The position numbers and the translations under genes are program-made. Shown here one piece after another: positions 13,001 through 22,723 of a DNA stretch of 64,000 nt. The notes beneath the pieces were generated by a model, which worked only from the letters and a program-made list of their open reading frames with translations, was not told the origin of the DNA and ran no database searches. Source of the stretch: Eledone cirrhosa. Lineage: Eukaryota. How positions within the stretch are numbered: position 1 is the stretch's first letter; every line of letters starts with the position of its first letter. The stretch is taken from assembly GCA_964016885.1 (NCBI GenBank), contig OZ024746.1, positions 45,136,001-45,200,000 of the forward strand. Direction: 5' to 3'.

Positions 13001-13854
13001 TGTTGACAAAACTTTAACCCATCAGTGGTTGGCATCCTCTGGACTGAAATCGGAGACTGAAGGACTGATTATATCGGCACAAGATCAGTGTCTGCCAACA
13101 AAAAATTACCAAGCCAACATAATAAAAAATGGGTGCAGCCCATTATGCCGTGTATGCAAAAAACAACCAGAGACCATTGACCATATAATTTCAATGTGCA
13201 GTCCTATAGCTCCAACCGAATACCTAAACAGGCATGACAGAGCTGCACAATACATACATTGGATAATGTGTAAGCATTTTGACCTGCCCCATCAAAAGAA
13301 TTGGTGGGAGCATCAATCACCTCCCATACTTGAAAAAGATCACATCTCAATCTTGTGGAACTTTAGCATCTAAACAGACCGAAAAATAGATGCAAGCAGA
13401 CCTGATATAATATTGAAAAACTTTCAAAAGAGGGTATGCCGGCTAATTGATATGTCTGTTCCAATAGACAAGAATGTATCCATAAAAACATTTGAAAAAT
13501 TGAGCAAGTATAAGGACCTGGAGATAGAAATTGGAAAAATGTGGAAATTGAGAACTAAAACAATACCAGTGGTTGTAGGCGCTCTGGGAATGATACCTAA
13601 GGGGTCTAATGATTACATATCGCAAATCCCAGGAAACCCGCGTATAGGAGAAATACAAAAGATAGTACTAATGGGAACTGCCCATATACTAAGGAAGATT
13701 CTGTCAATATAAGTACATCACAAGTCTAAACACTAAAGATGCATGTGTGAATATGTGTGTTCTTTCTTGAACATGGCGGACCTTGTTGTCTCTTGAGGTC
13801 ACTGGTTGTGACTTGGTGATAACTCGTATGAACATAAAGCAAGATAAATGCAAC

Positions 13855-13855
<1 letters not shown>
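10060..13855 (+). mobile_element. R4/Dong-clade non-LTR retrotransposon, family A, near full length (5' boundary approximate)
   Basis: Single-ORF layout: N-terminal domain, RT, CCHC, restriction-like endonuclease, short 3' UTR ending in (AAT)n. Bombyx Dong is known to target TAA repeats. Confidence 0.92.
10239..13712 (+). pseudogene. Dong-A polyprotein (RT + CCHC + PD-(D/E)xK endonuclease), broken by two frameshifts (~11150, ~12605) and one stop (13371-13373)
   Basis: Frame open from 10239 (KKREKWSREDNKEVLEAFY). Motifs: KSPGKD, NYRPITCL, WIDYKKAFDS, GIFQGDSLSP, FYMDDLKLF, YKYLG, CRVCKKQPETIDHIISMC, RPDIILK...LIDMSVP...EKLSKY. Confidence 0.92.

Positions 13856-13911
<56 letters not shown>
13856..13911. 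repeat. (AAT)n target/tail run between Dong-A and Tx1 copy 1
   Basis: Read directly. Further runs at 19932-19955, 22665-22721, 28652-28681, 31466-31496, 36650-36705, 36896-36911, 37098-37136 and 37197-37208 separate each successive element. Confidence 0.97.
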
Positions 13912-13913
<2 letters not shown>

Positions 13914-14174
13914 TTTCTTTATTAACCACAAGGGTTTACATAAAGTAGACATTAAGGACAGTGCAGGACAATGCAGGACGGTACAAATGGGCATTTCTGC
14001 GTGTAAAAAAAACAAAAACAGAGGATGTAACAAAAATAACAATGAAAATAACAATGAAAAATTCCCCAATAGGGGGGAGACTTCCGAGGGACATTTGTGG
14101 AGAAAGCCCAGTAAAAAGCCACAATGACCCTGACCACCAAGGCAAGTGCCCTCTCCCAGTTTTCCACCTTTAGT

Positions 14175-17100
14175 TTACAGATATATACTCAGAGTCGGCC
14201 CATTCACTCGGGCCATTCTTGCTTCTCTCACCCATCTTTCAACAAAATGCTGGGAAGAGAGCACTTCCTTCTCTACTCTGATTTTCCTTTTCAAATGAAA
14301 TTTGAAAAAGTCAATCAGAGCATCACCGAAGAGGTAAGTGCTCGTCTTCAGCCCTTTCAAACGTGTCCACCATACTATCTCTTTCGCCATGGCCACCAGA
14401 CAGATAAAAACTGCCTGCCCTTCCCGGCTAAAGGAGGAGGGCGGGGCAATCCTCACGATAGACTCAGATGATAGCTGGATCCGTCCTAAACGCGACAGCA
14501 GGTGTTCGACATAAACCCACAAGTCAGCAATTTTCGGACGCTGGACGAGTGCGTGCAGGACGGTTTCGTCGCCCTGCGCACATCTCGGACATGCCCGGCT
14601 GACGGCACCTCCATGCATGTAGAGTTTATCCCGAACTGGCAAGGCTCCTCGGTAGCACTGCCAGGCCAGAGATTTCTGGAAGTTGTCCATAGGCCCTGGC
14701 CCGAAAGTCCTTCCGAAGAGATTGGCTAGTTGATTTTCGTCGACGCCTAGGGTTTCCCCAAGTACGTCGTCGCTCTTCCCCTCCACTAATCCTCTATAGA
14801 ACGCCGAGGTGGAGTTTCCACCGATCACATTGCCCGATTGGTCGAGGGCTGTGAGCGCCTGAAGACATTCCAGTCTCCAGGCGCTCCCTCTCGGTCTTCG
14901 CTTGACCCAGGACTGCAGCTCCGTCAAGGAAACGAGCTGGGGAAAAACGCGTCTAGCAAACGGCGACCACACCTGATCACCGTCGAGGAAGAGGTGGAGA
15001 TGTCGTAGCCTGAGCGCGTGCCTGCGCATCATCAGCCACGGCATGCCCAGCCCTCCACGTAGCGGGTGTTGACAACAGATGGACCGCCTGACCATCGGAG
15101 CACGTCCCTTCCACAAAAAGCGAAAGAGCAAACGCTCCAGCGCAGTCAGGCGAGGCTTAGGACAAGGTACGACGGTTAGGCGGTAGCAGATGACAGACGC
15201 GATGTACGCGTTAGCCACCTCCGCTCGAACTTTCAGGGATAGCTTCCTCTCCGCCCATTTCTGGGTGAGAGAAGCCACCCTGCTCGTCACCTCGTCCCAG
15301 TTTTTGTCCGTCTGGAGGTCCGGACCGAACCAGACCCCTAGCAATTTAACCGGTCCGTCCGTCCAGCGCCCGACGACGCTGTTGGACGGCATGGACCTGC
15401 CTCTCCAGGTGCCGAGCTGCAGGCCCACTGACTTTTCCTGGTTGATCATTGCTCCTGTCACCGCTTCGTATTCTCTTAGTGTAGTGCCGATCGCCTCGAT
15501 GTGTTTGGCGTTCGACGCCACTACGGTGACATCGTCCGCATATGCTGACACGGATCTTCCGCATCCTAGTTCGCGCGGGACTCCCCTCAACGTCTCCAGT
15601 TTGTGCAGTAATGGCTCGAGAGTCAATACGTACAAGAGGGACGAGAGGGGACATCCTTGGCGGACCGAGCGCATGATGTTGAACGGTTCCGACAGGTGAC
15701 CGTTCACTCTCACCACAGAGCAGATGTCGCTGTGCATGGCAGCGATCCAGCCTCTGAAGACGGGCCCAAAGCCAGCCGCCCTCAGGACTGCCGCTAGGTA
15801 ACGATGGTCGACCCTATCGAAAGCTTTCGACTGATCTAAATTGATCAAGGACCCACCCGTGCCAGGTTCCCTAGCTACCCTCTCTATGATGTATCGCATG
15901 AGGTGGAGGTTGTCGTGGATGGATCTGTCGGGAATGGCGCATGTCTGCGCCTCTCCCACCAGACCACCAACGACAAGCGCCAACCTCTTTGCTAGCACCT
16001 TGGCCAAAATCTTAAACTCTGTGTTTAGCAGAGTTATGGGCCGGAAATTGTCTATGTTATCCCCCTTGTTCGGATCCTTTCTCAGCAGTGCCACCGCTCC
16101 TCGGCTCACAGAACTGGGAATTCTCCCGTTCTGTTGCCAGTTGCAGTAGACGTCCGCCAAGAGGCCTCCGAACAAGTCTGGCATCTGTACGTAAAGTTCA
16201 TAGGGCAGACCATCCAAACCAGGCGATTTACCCCTTGTGCAGCCAGTCATTGCCTCCCGTACTTCAGCGGCTGTTATCGGCTTTTCGCAACACTTCGCCT
16301 CAGTGGCCGAGAGCCGCGGCAGTCCGTCGAGGTAGACACTAAAGTCCATCCCTCTACCCGGCCCCCCGCTGCCCCCGAACAGCTGAGCGAAGTGTCGCTG
16401 AAAAGCTTCACACATTTGCCCGGGATCGAGTAGCATGCGCCCGTCGTGGTCCACCAAAGACCGGATCGTGGCTTTGTTGCCACGACGCGCCTCCGCCACT
16501 CGGGCCCATTGAACGGCTTTCGTCCCCTCGTGTCTGAGAGCACGCACCCTAGCTCTGACAACGCAGCCTTCGTGCTTTGCATTGAAGAATTGGTCAAGGG
16601 CCAATTTCGCCGCAAGCACGTCGGTCGCAATGCCTTTGCTAAGCGCCTCGTCTAATTTTCTAACTAGTTCTCCCTCTGCTCTATTTTTCTCTATTGCTAA
16701 AGCCTTACTAAACCTAATCGATTCTATTCTAATCGCTCTTTTCAGAGCAAACCACCACTTGTTGTTGACGATGGCCCCCGTCAACGCCCGCTTAACTAGT
16801 TCGCTAATCCGGTCTCTGTAGGCCTTGCGCGCTGGTAAGGACGCGTTTAGCTTCCAGTAGCCGGGTCCTCGTCTATGAAGCCTATCTAAGTCAACCACAC
16901 AGATCACGAATTTGTGGTCCGTGTAGCTGACTATCTTGAATTGTGGACAGCCTATGCTAGACCTATCTATTTCCCTACAAAATACTCTATCTAGATATGA
17001 TCTGGATGACCCTATGCGATTTGTCCAAGTCCACATTGGCACATTCGGGAAATCCAATCGGTACCTGTCAGACAGTTCAAAACGCCTGAGCAGGTTGGTG

Positions 17101-17594
17101 AGGCTCTTGCACCCTCCACCCCTATCCGCTAATCCCACACAGTCCCAGCGTGCATCTAAGATCCCGTTCCAGTCGCCCACTAACACTAAAGAGCGGGACG
17201 TTCCAAGAAAGGTCTCCAGACGCCGGAAGAAATCAGGCCGCCCTGCTCCTGTCGGGGCATAGACGGCCACTAGCCTGAAAGCTTGCCCGTCTCCGCTGGT
17301 CACGTCCAGCACCACCAGCTTACCCTCTGGGTCCAGGAAGATGGCCCGTATGGCGAGATCCAAACCTCTCCGAAAAAGCACAGCAACTCCTCCACCCGAT
17401 CCAGGACGGCTGGGAGATGCGTACACATCGTAGCCGCCGAAGATCGGTGCGAAGGCCCGTGCTTCGGAGATTCTGGTCTCGCTGATGGCCACTACATCTA
17501 TGTTTAGTGACCTGAGGTCGTTGAGCAGGTGACCCTGCTTCCATGACGACCCCAAGCCACGCGCATTTATGCTGCCTATTCTGAGTGAGGTCAT
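14175..17594 (-). CDS. Tx1 ORF2: AP endonuclease + reverse transcriptase + C-terminal Cys-rich domain, intact, 1139 aa from ATG
   Basis: MTSLRIGSINARG, AISETR, AVYAP, VGDWN, SYLDRV, TDHK (APE). KSPGLDG, NFRPITLLN, LDQSKAFDRV, SVRQGCPLS, AYADDV, KLLGV (RT). CPRC...ETVLHALVQ, where the final Cys is Arg in this copy and Cys in the others. Confidence 0.95.
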   Translation of the reverse strand: MTSLRIGSINARGLGSSWKQGHLLNDLRSLNIDVVAISETRISEARAFAPIFGGYDVYASPSRPGSGGGVAVLFRRGLDLAIRAIFLDPEGKLVVLDVTSGDGQAFRLVAVYAPTGAGRPDFFRRLETFLGTSRSLVLVGDWNGILDARWDCVGLADRGGGCKSLTNLLRRFELSDRYRLDFPNVPMWTWTNRIGSSRSYLDRVFCREIDRSSIGCPQFKIVSYTDHKFVICVVDLDRLHRRGPGYWKLNASLPARKAYRDRISELVKRALTGAIVNNKWWFALKRAIRIESIRFSKALAIEKNRAEGELVRKLDEALSKGIATDVLAAKLALDQFFNAKHEGCVVRARVRALRHEGTKAVQWARVAEARRGNKATIRSLVDHDGRMLLDPGQMCEAFQRHFAQLFGGSGGPGRGMDFSVYLDGLPRLSATEAKCCEKPITAAEVREAMTGCTRGKSPGLDGLPYELYVQMPDLFGGLLADVYCNWQQNGRIPSSVSRGAVALLRKDPNKGDNIDNFRPITLLNTEFKILAKVLAKRLALVVGGLVGEAQTCAIPDRSIHDNLHLMRYIIERVAREPGTGGSLINLDQSKAFDRVDHRYLAAVLRAAGFGPVFRGWIAAMHSDICSVVRVNGHLSEPFNIMRSVRQGCPLSSLLYVLTLEPLLHKLETLRGVPRELGCGRSVSAYADDVTVVASNAKHIEAIGTTLREYEAVTGAMINQEKSVGLQLGTWRGRSMPSNSVVGRWTDGPVKLLGVWFGPDLQTDKNWDEVTSRVASLTQKWAERKLSLKVRAEVANAYIASVICYRLTVVPCPKPRLTALERLLFRFLWKGRAPMVRRSICCQHPLRGGLGMPWLMMRRHALRLRHLHLFLDGDQVWSPFARRVFPQLVSLTELQSWVKRRPRGSAWRLECLQALTALDQSGNVIGGNSTSAFYRGLVEGKSDDVLGETLGVDENQLANLFGRTFGPGPMDNFQKSLAWQCYRGALPVRDKLYMHGGAVSRACPRCAQGDETVLHALVQRPKIADLWVYVEHLLSRLGRIQLSSESIVRIAPPSSFSREGQAVFICLVAMAKEIVWWTRLKGLKTSTYLFGDALIDFFKFHLKRKIRVEKEVLSSQHFVERWVREARMARVNGPTLSIYL

Positions 17595-17627
17595 GTTTAA
17601 ATAGAGTGGAAAGATGGGAAAGACCAC

Positions 17628-19718
17628 TTACCGTACTTTTGGTAGAGGAGGGATGGTTTTTACATCCCTTTTCACTTGATCGTCTGGTGAAGGGACCGTT
17701 GAATCGTCCCTTCGGCTGGTCGTCGGCTCTTCTAAGAGAATGTCTGAATATACTCTTCGATTGATGGTTCCTCCTAGGTCCCTGAAATCACCAACTGCGT
17801 TGGGGAATTTCGTTTTAATGTTTGTGTATTGTTTCTGTGCTATTTTTAGCAGTCTTATGTTAGTTGGCGTTTTGATTGGTGCTGGTATTATGTAGTCCTG
17901 TTGTGAAATGTCTGTGTGTTCAATTATGTAAGTCATTAGTTTCTTGTGTGTGTTTATTGCCGTGCATTTGTTTTTCTGGGGGTGGGGTGTGGTTCTGCTA
18001 TTTTCTTGTCGTTGTTGCTGGGTGTGTGTGTTTTGTTGTTGTGTTTGCGATGTTGGTGCTTGTGGTGGTGGTGTTGAAGGTGTTGTTGGCGGTGGGGTTG
18101 TCGCCGGTGGTGATGGTGGTGCTGGTGTGGGTGGTGATGGTGTTGGTGGTGTTGCTGCTGTGGGTCTCTTTGCAGTAGACTTTACCCTTTTCTCATTTCT
18201 TTCCTCCCTTTTCAAAGGCGACGATGCGCTGCTTCTGCGTTTGTGCCTTCTTGCGACCTTTTGCCATCCCTCTCCCACCTCACACTCCATGTCTGATTCT
18301 GTAAGGTCGGGGAGGGGTACCAGCTCCACTCTTTCACTTGTTGTTGTTGGTGATGTTTGCACTGGAGTCTCTGTTGCAGCTGCATTTGGTATTGCTGTTG
18401 TTGTTGTTAATATTTCCACTGCTGCTGCTGTCTTTGATTTCCGTGGAGTGGGTATGGGTGCCACGGACCTATCGTTCCTGGTTGCCGCTTGTCCTGTTGC
18501 TGGTAGCCGTGGAGCCGGATTCGGAAGCAGGGGGGTTTTCTCCTTTCTCAGGGTCTTCTCGTTGCAGAAGGCCCTGAGGTGAGTCTTCGATCCACAGCGA
18601 AAGCATTTCGGGCGTTTGCCCTCAACACTTATGGGCAGTTGAGTGCCGTTATCGAAGTCTATCACATCCGGGATAGCTTCGATGCACTCCTGGTTGGTTT
18701 GGATTAGCATCTCAATGGAGGAGCCGACCCAATCTTCTCTTACTTTTTTCTGTACTTGCAGTACAGTTGTTTTGTCCTCGATTCCGACGAGGACAGACGC
18801 GGCCAGCCAAGAAGGGGTCATTCCGGGGGGGACGTGGGTCAGTTTGACCCTCACAATTTTTTGCCCGCAGTAGGAGGGCACCAACACCATTTCCTCGCTC
18901 CTTTAGGTCACTACTGATTGGGCCTTTGCCTCCTGGGGTGTGGCAAAAAGTACGTCTACGGTGGCGTATTTTTTGCCTCGGGTGATGTGCGTTTTCCTCT
19001 GCCACACAGACCCCAAGGCTTTTTGTATTTGGGCCTCTGTGGCTCTTTCCACCCTACGGGATTTTGTACTTACTGTACGGTACGTGACCGTACAGTGCTC
19101 TTGGGTTTCGAAAAATTTTTTCGCTGCCTTGCAGATTGCTCGGTGTACGTTCTTTGTCACCATCTTCTTCGCTTCCTCTAATTCCTCATTTGTTATGAGG
19201 ATTGTTTCCAAGTTTTTCGCAATACCTGCAAATGAGATTGGTTTTTCTCTGCTGTTGTTGTTGTCGTCAGAGCTGCTGGTACTTTTGTTGCTGCAGGTAC
19301 TACGACTACTGCCTCCGCCGCTGTTGCTGTGGTTGTTGTTGGTGTTGCTGCTGCTAATGCTGTTGTTGTTTATGCTGCTGGTGATGCTGTTGCGGCTGCT
19401 ACTGTTGTTTTCATTGTCACTGTTGCTGTTGTTATTACGGCTGCTACTGCTATTATTCCTGACGTCAGACGAATGAACTGGGTTTTCGTATTTCCCGCAC
19501 ACCTGTTTCGTCGCTGTCGTCGTCGTCGTGGAGAAACCTTGCACGCTTTGCACGAGACTTTTCTTTTCTTTCGTCGCTTGCGAAAGAGAAGGGAGGGAGA
19601 GAGACACATTTAAAGAAGGGAGGGAGAGAGACAATCTTCTCTCTGCTGTAGTGATGATTGAGGAAGAAGAAGACGGAATGAGTGGGAGTGACGTATGAAA
19701 TTTCTTTTTGGTAGCCAT
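17628..19718 (-). CDS. Tx1 ORF1 (gag-like RNA-binding protein), one frameshift near 18900
   Basis: MATKKK start, S/N-rich tract, ISFAGIA motif, RRM-like segments (ATVDVLFATPQEA; VRVKLTHVP), zinc knuckle CFRCGSKTHLRAFC, Pro/Thr-rich tail. Copy 3 reads through the frameshifted position (SLVTLRSEEMVLVP). Confidence 0.88.
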
Positions 19719-19955
19719 GTTTTTTTGTTTAAAATGAAATTTTGGGTACAAAACCCCAATAACTGGTTATTTAACCCCGAAGGGCCAAATAACGGACAGA
19801 AAGACCCCTCTCACGAGGACGAGGGTGTCTTTATCAACAATTTGGTTCAAGTTTTAAACAATTTACAATTGTTTTAACGGTTAAAAATTACTATACCTTA
19901 CAGAGCCGAGCCTCCGTCAACCATGGCATTCAATAATAATAATAATAATAATAAT

Positions 19956-20836
19956 GTTTTCTTTATTAACCACAAGGGTTTACATAAAGTAGACATTAAG
20001 GACAGTTCAGGACAATACAGGACGGTACAAATGGGCATTTCTGCGTGTAAAAAAAAACAGAGGATGAAATAAAATAACAAAGAAAAATTCCCCAATAGGG
20101 GGGAGACTTCCGAGGGACATTTGTGGAGAAAGCCCATTAAAAGACCACAGTGGCCCTGACCACAAGGGCAAGTGCCCTCTCCCAGTTTTCCACCTTTAAT
20201 TTACAGACACATACTCCGAGAAGGTCCATTCATTCGGGCCATACTTGCTTCTCTCACCCATCTTTCAACAAAATGCTGGGAAGAGAGCACTTCTCTCTCT
20301 ACCTTGATTTTCCTTTTCAGATGAAATTTGAAAAAGTTAATCAGGGCATCACCGAAGAGGTAAGTGCTCGTCTTCAGCCCTTTCAAACGTGTCCACCATA
20401 CTATCTCTTTCGCCATGGCCACCAGACAGATAAAAACTGCCTGCCCTTCCCGGCTAAAGGAAGAGGGCGGGGGAATCCTCACGATGGATTCAGCTGATAG
20501 CTGGATCCGCCCTACACGTGACAGCAGGTGTTCGACATAAACCCACAAGTCAGCAATGCTCGGACACTGGACGAGTGCGTGCAGGACGGTTTCGTCGCCC
20601 TGTGCGCATCTCGGACATGCCCGGCTGACGGCACCTCCATGCCTGTAAAGTTTATCCCGAACTGGCAAAACACCCCGGTAGCACTGCCAGGCCAGGGATT
20701 TCTGGAAGTTGTCCATAGGCCCCGGCCCGAAAGTCCTTCCGAAGAGATTGGCTAGTTGATTTTCGTCGACGCCTAGAGTTTCTCCAAATACGTCGTCGCT
20801 CTTCCCCTCCACTAATCCCCTATAGAACGCCAAGGT
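19956..20836 (-). mobile_element. Tx1 5'-truncated copy (3' 880 bp), fused directly to Dong-B1
   Basis: Collinear with 13912-14810. Similarity stops at AACGCCAAGGT, where Dong-B sequence CTTGCCATGGG begins. Confidence 0.93.
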
Positions 20837-22664
20837 CTTGCCATGGGATGGATAGACTACAAAAAGGCATTCGACATGGTACCTCATTCTTGGATAACCA
20901 AAAGCCTAGAGATCTTCAAAGTGACAGATAACATCAGACAGTTGTTGAGCAAAAGTATGAAGTCTTGGAAAACAGAGTTAACATCGGGCGAAGAATCCTT
21001 GGGAGGCGTTAAGATCAAGAGGGGTATCTTCCAGGGAGATAGTTTGTCCTCTCTGTTGTTTGTCCTTGCCCTGATCCCCCTGACCATTATACGGCGAAAA
21101 GTGAGAGCAGGATACAAGTTGGGAAAGGGAGAGCTTACCATCAATCACCTCCTCTACATGGACGATCTTAAGCTCTTCGGGAAAAGTGAGGAGTTGGATG
21201 TGTTTGTTGACACTGTCCGTATTTTCAGCAGTGATATATGTATGCAGTTTGGTATTAGTAAATGTGGAGTCATTGTGATGAGGAGGGGTAGGTTGAGCAG
21301 AAGTAACGGGATCCAGATACCAACAGGTGAGATGATAAATGAAATTGACTCTGAGGAAGGATACAAGTATTTGGGCGTTCTGGAGGCTGATGGCATAAAG
21401 AACAAAAAAATGAAGGAATTCTTAACAACTGAATACATTCGGAGAGTAAGGAGCGTATTGAAGTCACATCTGAACAGCAGAAATGCCATAAGCGCAGTAA
21501 ATTCCCGAGCTGTGTCTATTATTAGGTACAGTGCGGGAATTCTGAGATGGAATGTTGCTGAACAAAAAGAAATGGATAGGAAGACTAGGAAGCTATTGAC
21601 TATCTACAACATGTTCCACAAGAGGAGTGATGTCGATAGACTCTACCTAAGGAGATCTGAGGGTGGAAGAGGTCTTATCAGCATAGAGGACTGTGTTCAG
21701 ATGGAGAAAAACAACCTATACAAATACGTGACCTATAGTAAGGAGCCAATGCTCAGAACTGTACTGAAGGAGGGGACAGTAGGCCAGGGGATGTCCAAGG
21801 AGGAAATAACATCAAGGAGGAAGAGCAGCCTTAAGGGAAAATTCCTTCATAGTACCTTCTTTGAGAAAACTGAATTTAGAGATCCACAGACATGGAACTG
21901 GTTGAGAAGAGGAGACCTCAAAAAGGCTACAGAAGGAATGCTAATGGCTGCGCAGGAGCAGGCCCTCAAAACGAAGTGGTTGAAGCACCATATTTACAAG
22001 GAGGTGCCTAGCCCACTGTGCAGGATCTGTGGAGAGAGAGAGGAGACTGTGGCTCACATTGTGTCCGAGTGTAAACACCTAGCCCAGACCCACTATAAGG
22101 GCTGAAGACACGATATGATGGCAGGGTGATCCACTGGCACCTGTGCAAAGTAAACAATTTACCACATTCTGAGAAATGGTATGAGCATAGGCCAGAGGCG
22201 GTGATGGAGAACAATCAGGTGAAGGTGCTGTGGGATTTTAGGATACAGACGGACAAAAAACTGGAACACAATAGACCTGACCTGGTGGTTGTGGACAAAG
22301 AAAACAGATCGTGTCTGATTGTGGATGTGGCCTGCCCTTTCGACACGAGAGTGCAAGAGAAGGAGAGGGAGAAAATTAACCGATACCAGGACCTAAAGTG
22401 GGAGGTGAAAAGGATTTGGAACTGCCATGAAGTCAAAGTGATCCCGATTGTCATAGGCGCACTGGGGACTATCTCCAAGAGTTTCCAGGGATGGTTAAAG
22501 AATTTCGGCCCCTTCACGCTTTTTGGAACGCTTCAAAAGGCATGCTTGCTGGGAACAGCAAGAACCCTCCGATACGTCCTGAATATCTGAGGCTGCAGGT
22601 AGTGGCTTGATATTCATTCCAACGGACTTTCCAGTTAACCAACATCAATGACTGAAATTCAAGG
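20837..22664 (+). mobile_element. R4/Dong family B, 5'-truncated copy B1
   Basis: WIDYKKAFD, GIFQGDSLS, LYMDDLKLF, CRICGEREETVAHIVSEC, RPDLVVVD...IVDVACP...EKINRY. Stop plus frameshift near 22105-22125. (AAT)n tail. Confidence 0.93.
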
Positions 22665-22673
22665 AATAACAAC

Positions 22674-22721
<48 letters not shown>

Positions 22722-22723
<2 letters not shown>

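Larger units (their letters stand above)
13912..19931 (-). mobile_element. Tx1/L1-type non-LTR retrotransposon, full-length copy 1, inserted in (ATT)n
   Basis: 5' end (ATT)n-GAATGCCATGGTTGACGG, then ORF1, ORF2 and a ~260-bp 3' UTR ending CCTTGTGGTTAATAAAGAAATC-(ATT)n. Ends are defined by comparison with the other copies. Confidence 0.95.

Noticed and set aside
17595-17630. Stop-codon readthrough from ORF1 into ORF2 (in frame in copy 1)
   Set aside because: The spacer is 2 and 1 nt longer in copies 2 and 3, so the in-frame arrangement is not conserved (unless these are homopolymer errors).
14124-19613. Long + strand ORFs antisense to the Tx1 element (e.g. 15190-15699, 17944-18582, 18940-19476)
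   Set aside because: Shadow frames of GC-rich or low-complexity coding sequence with no recognisable motifs. They recur only because the element is repeated.
19755-19835. HDV-like ribozyme in the Tx1 5' UTR (TCCTCGT loop, P4-like hairpin)
   Set aside because: Could not build P1, P1.1 and P2 consistently, and the putative catalytic C is not present in copy 1.
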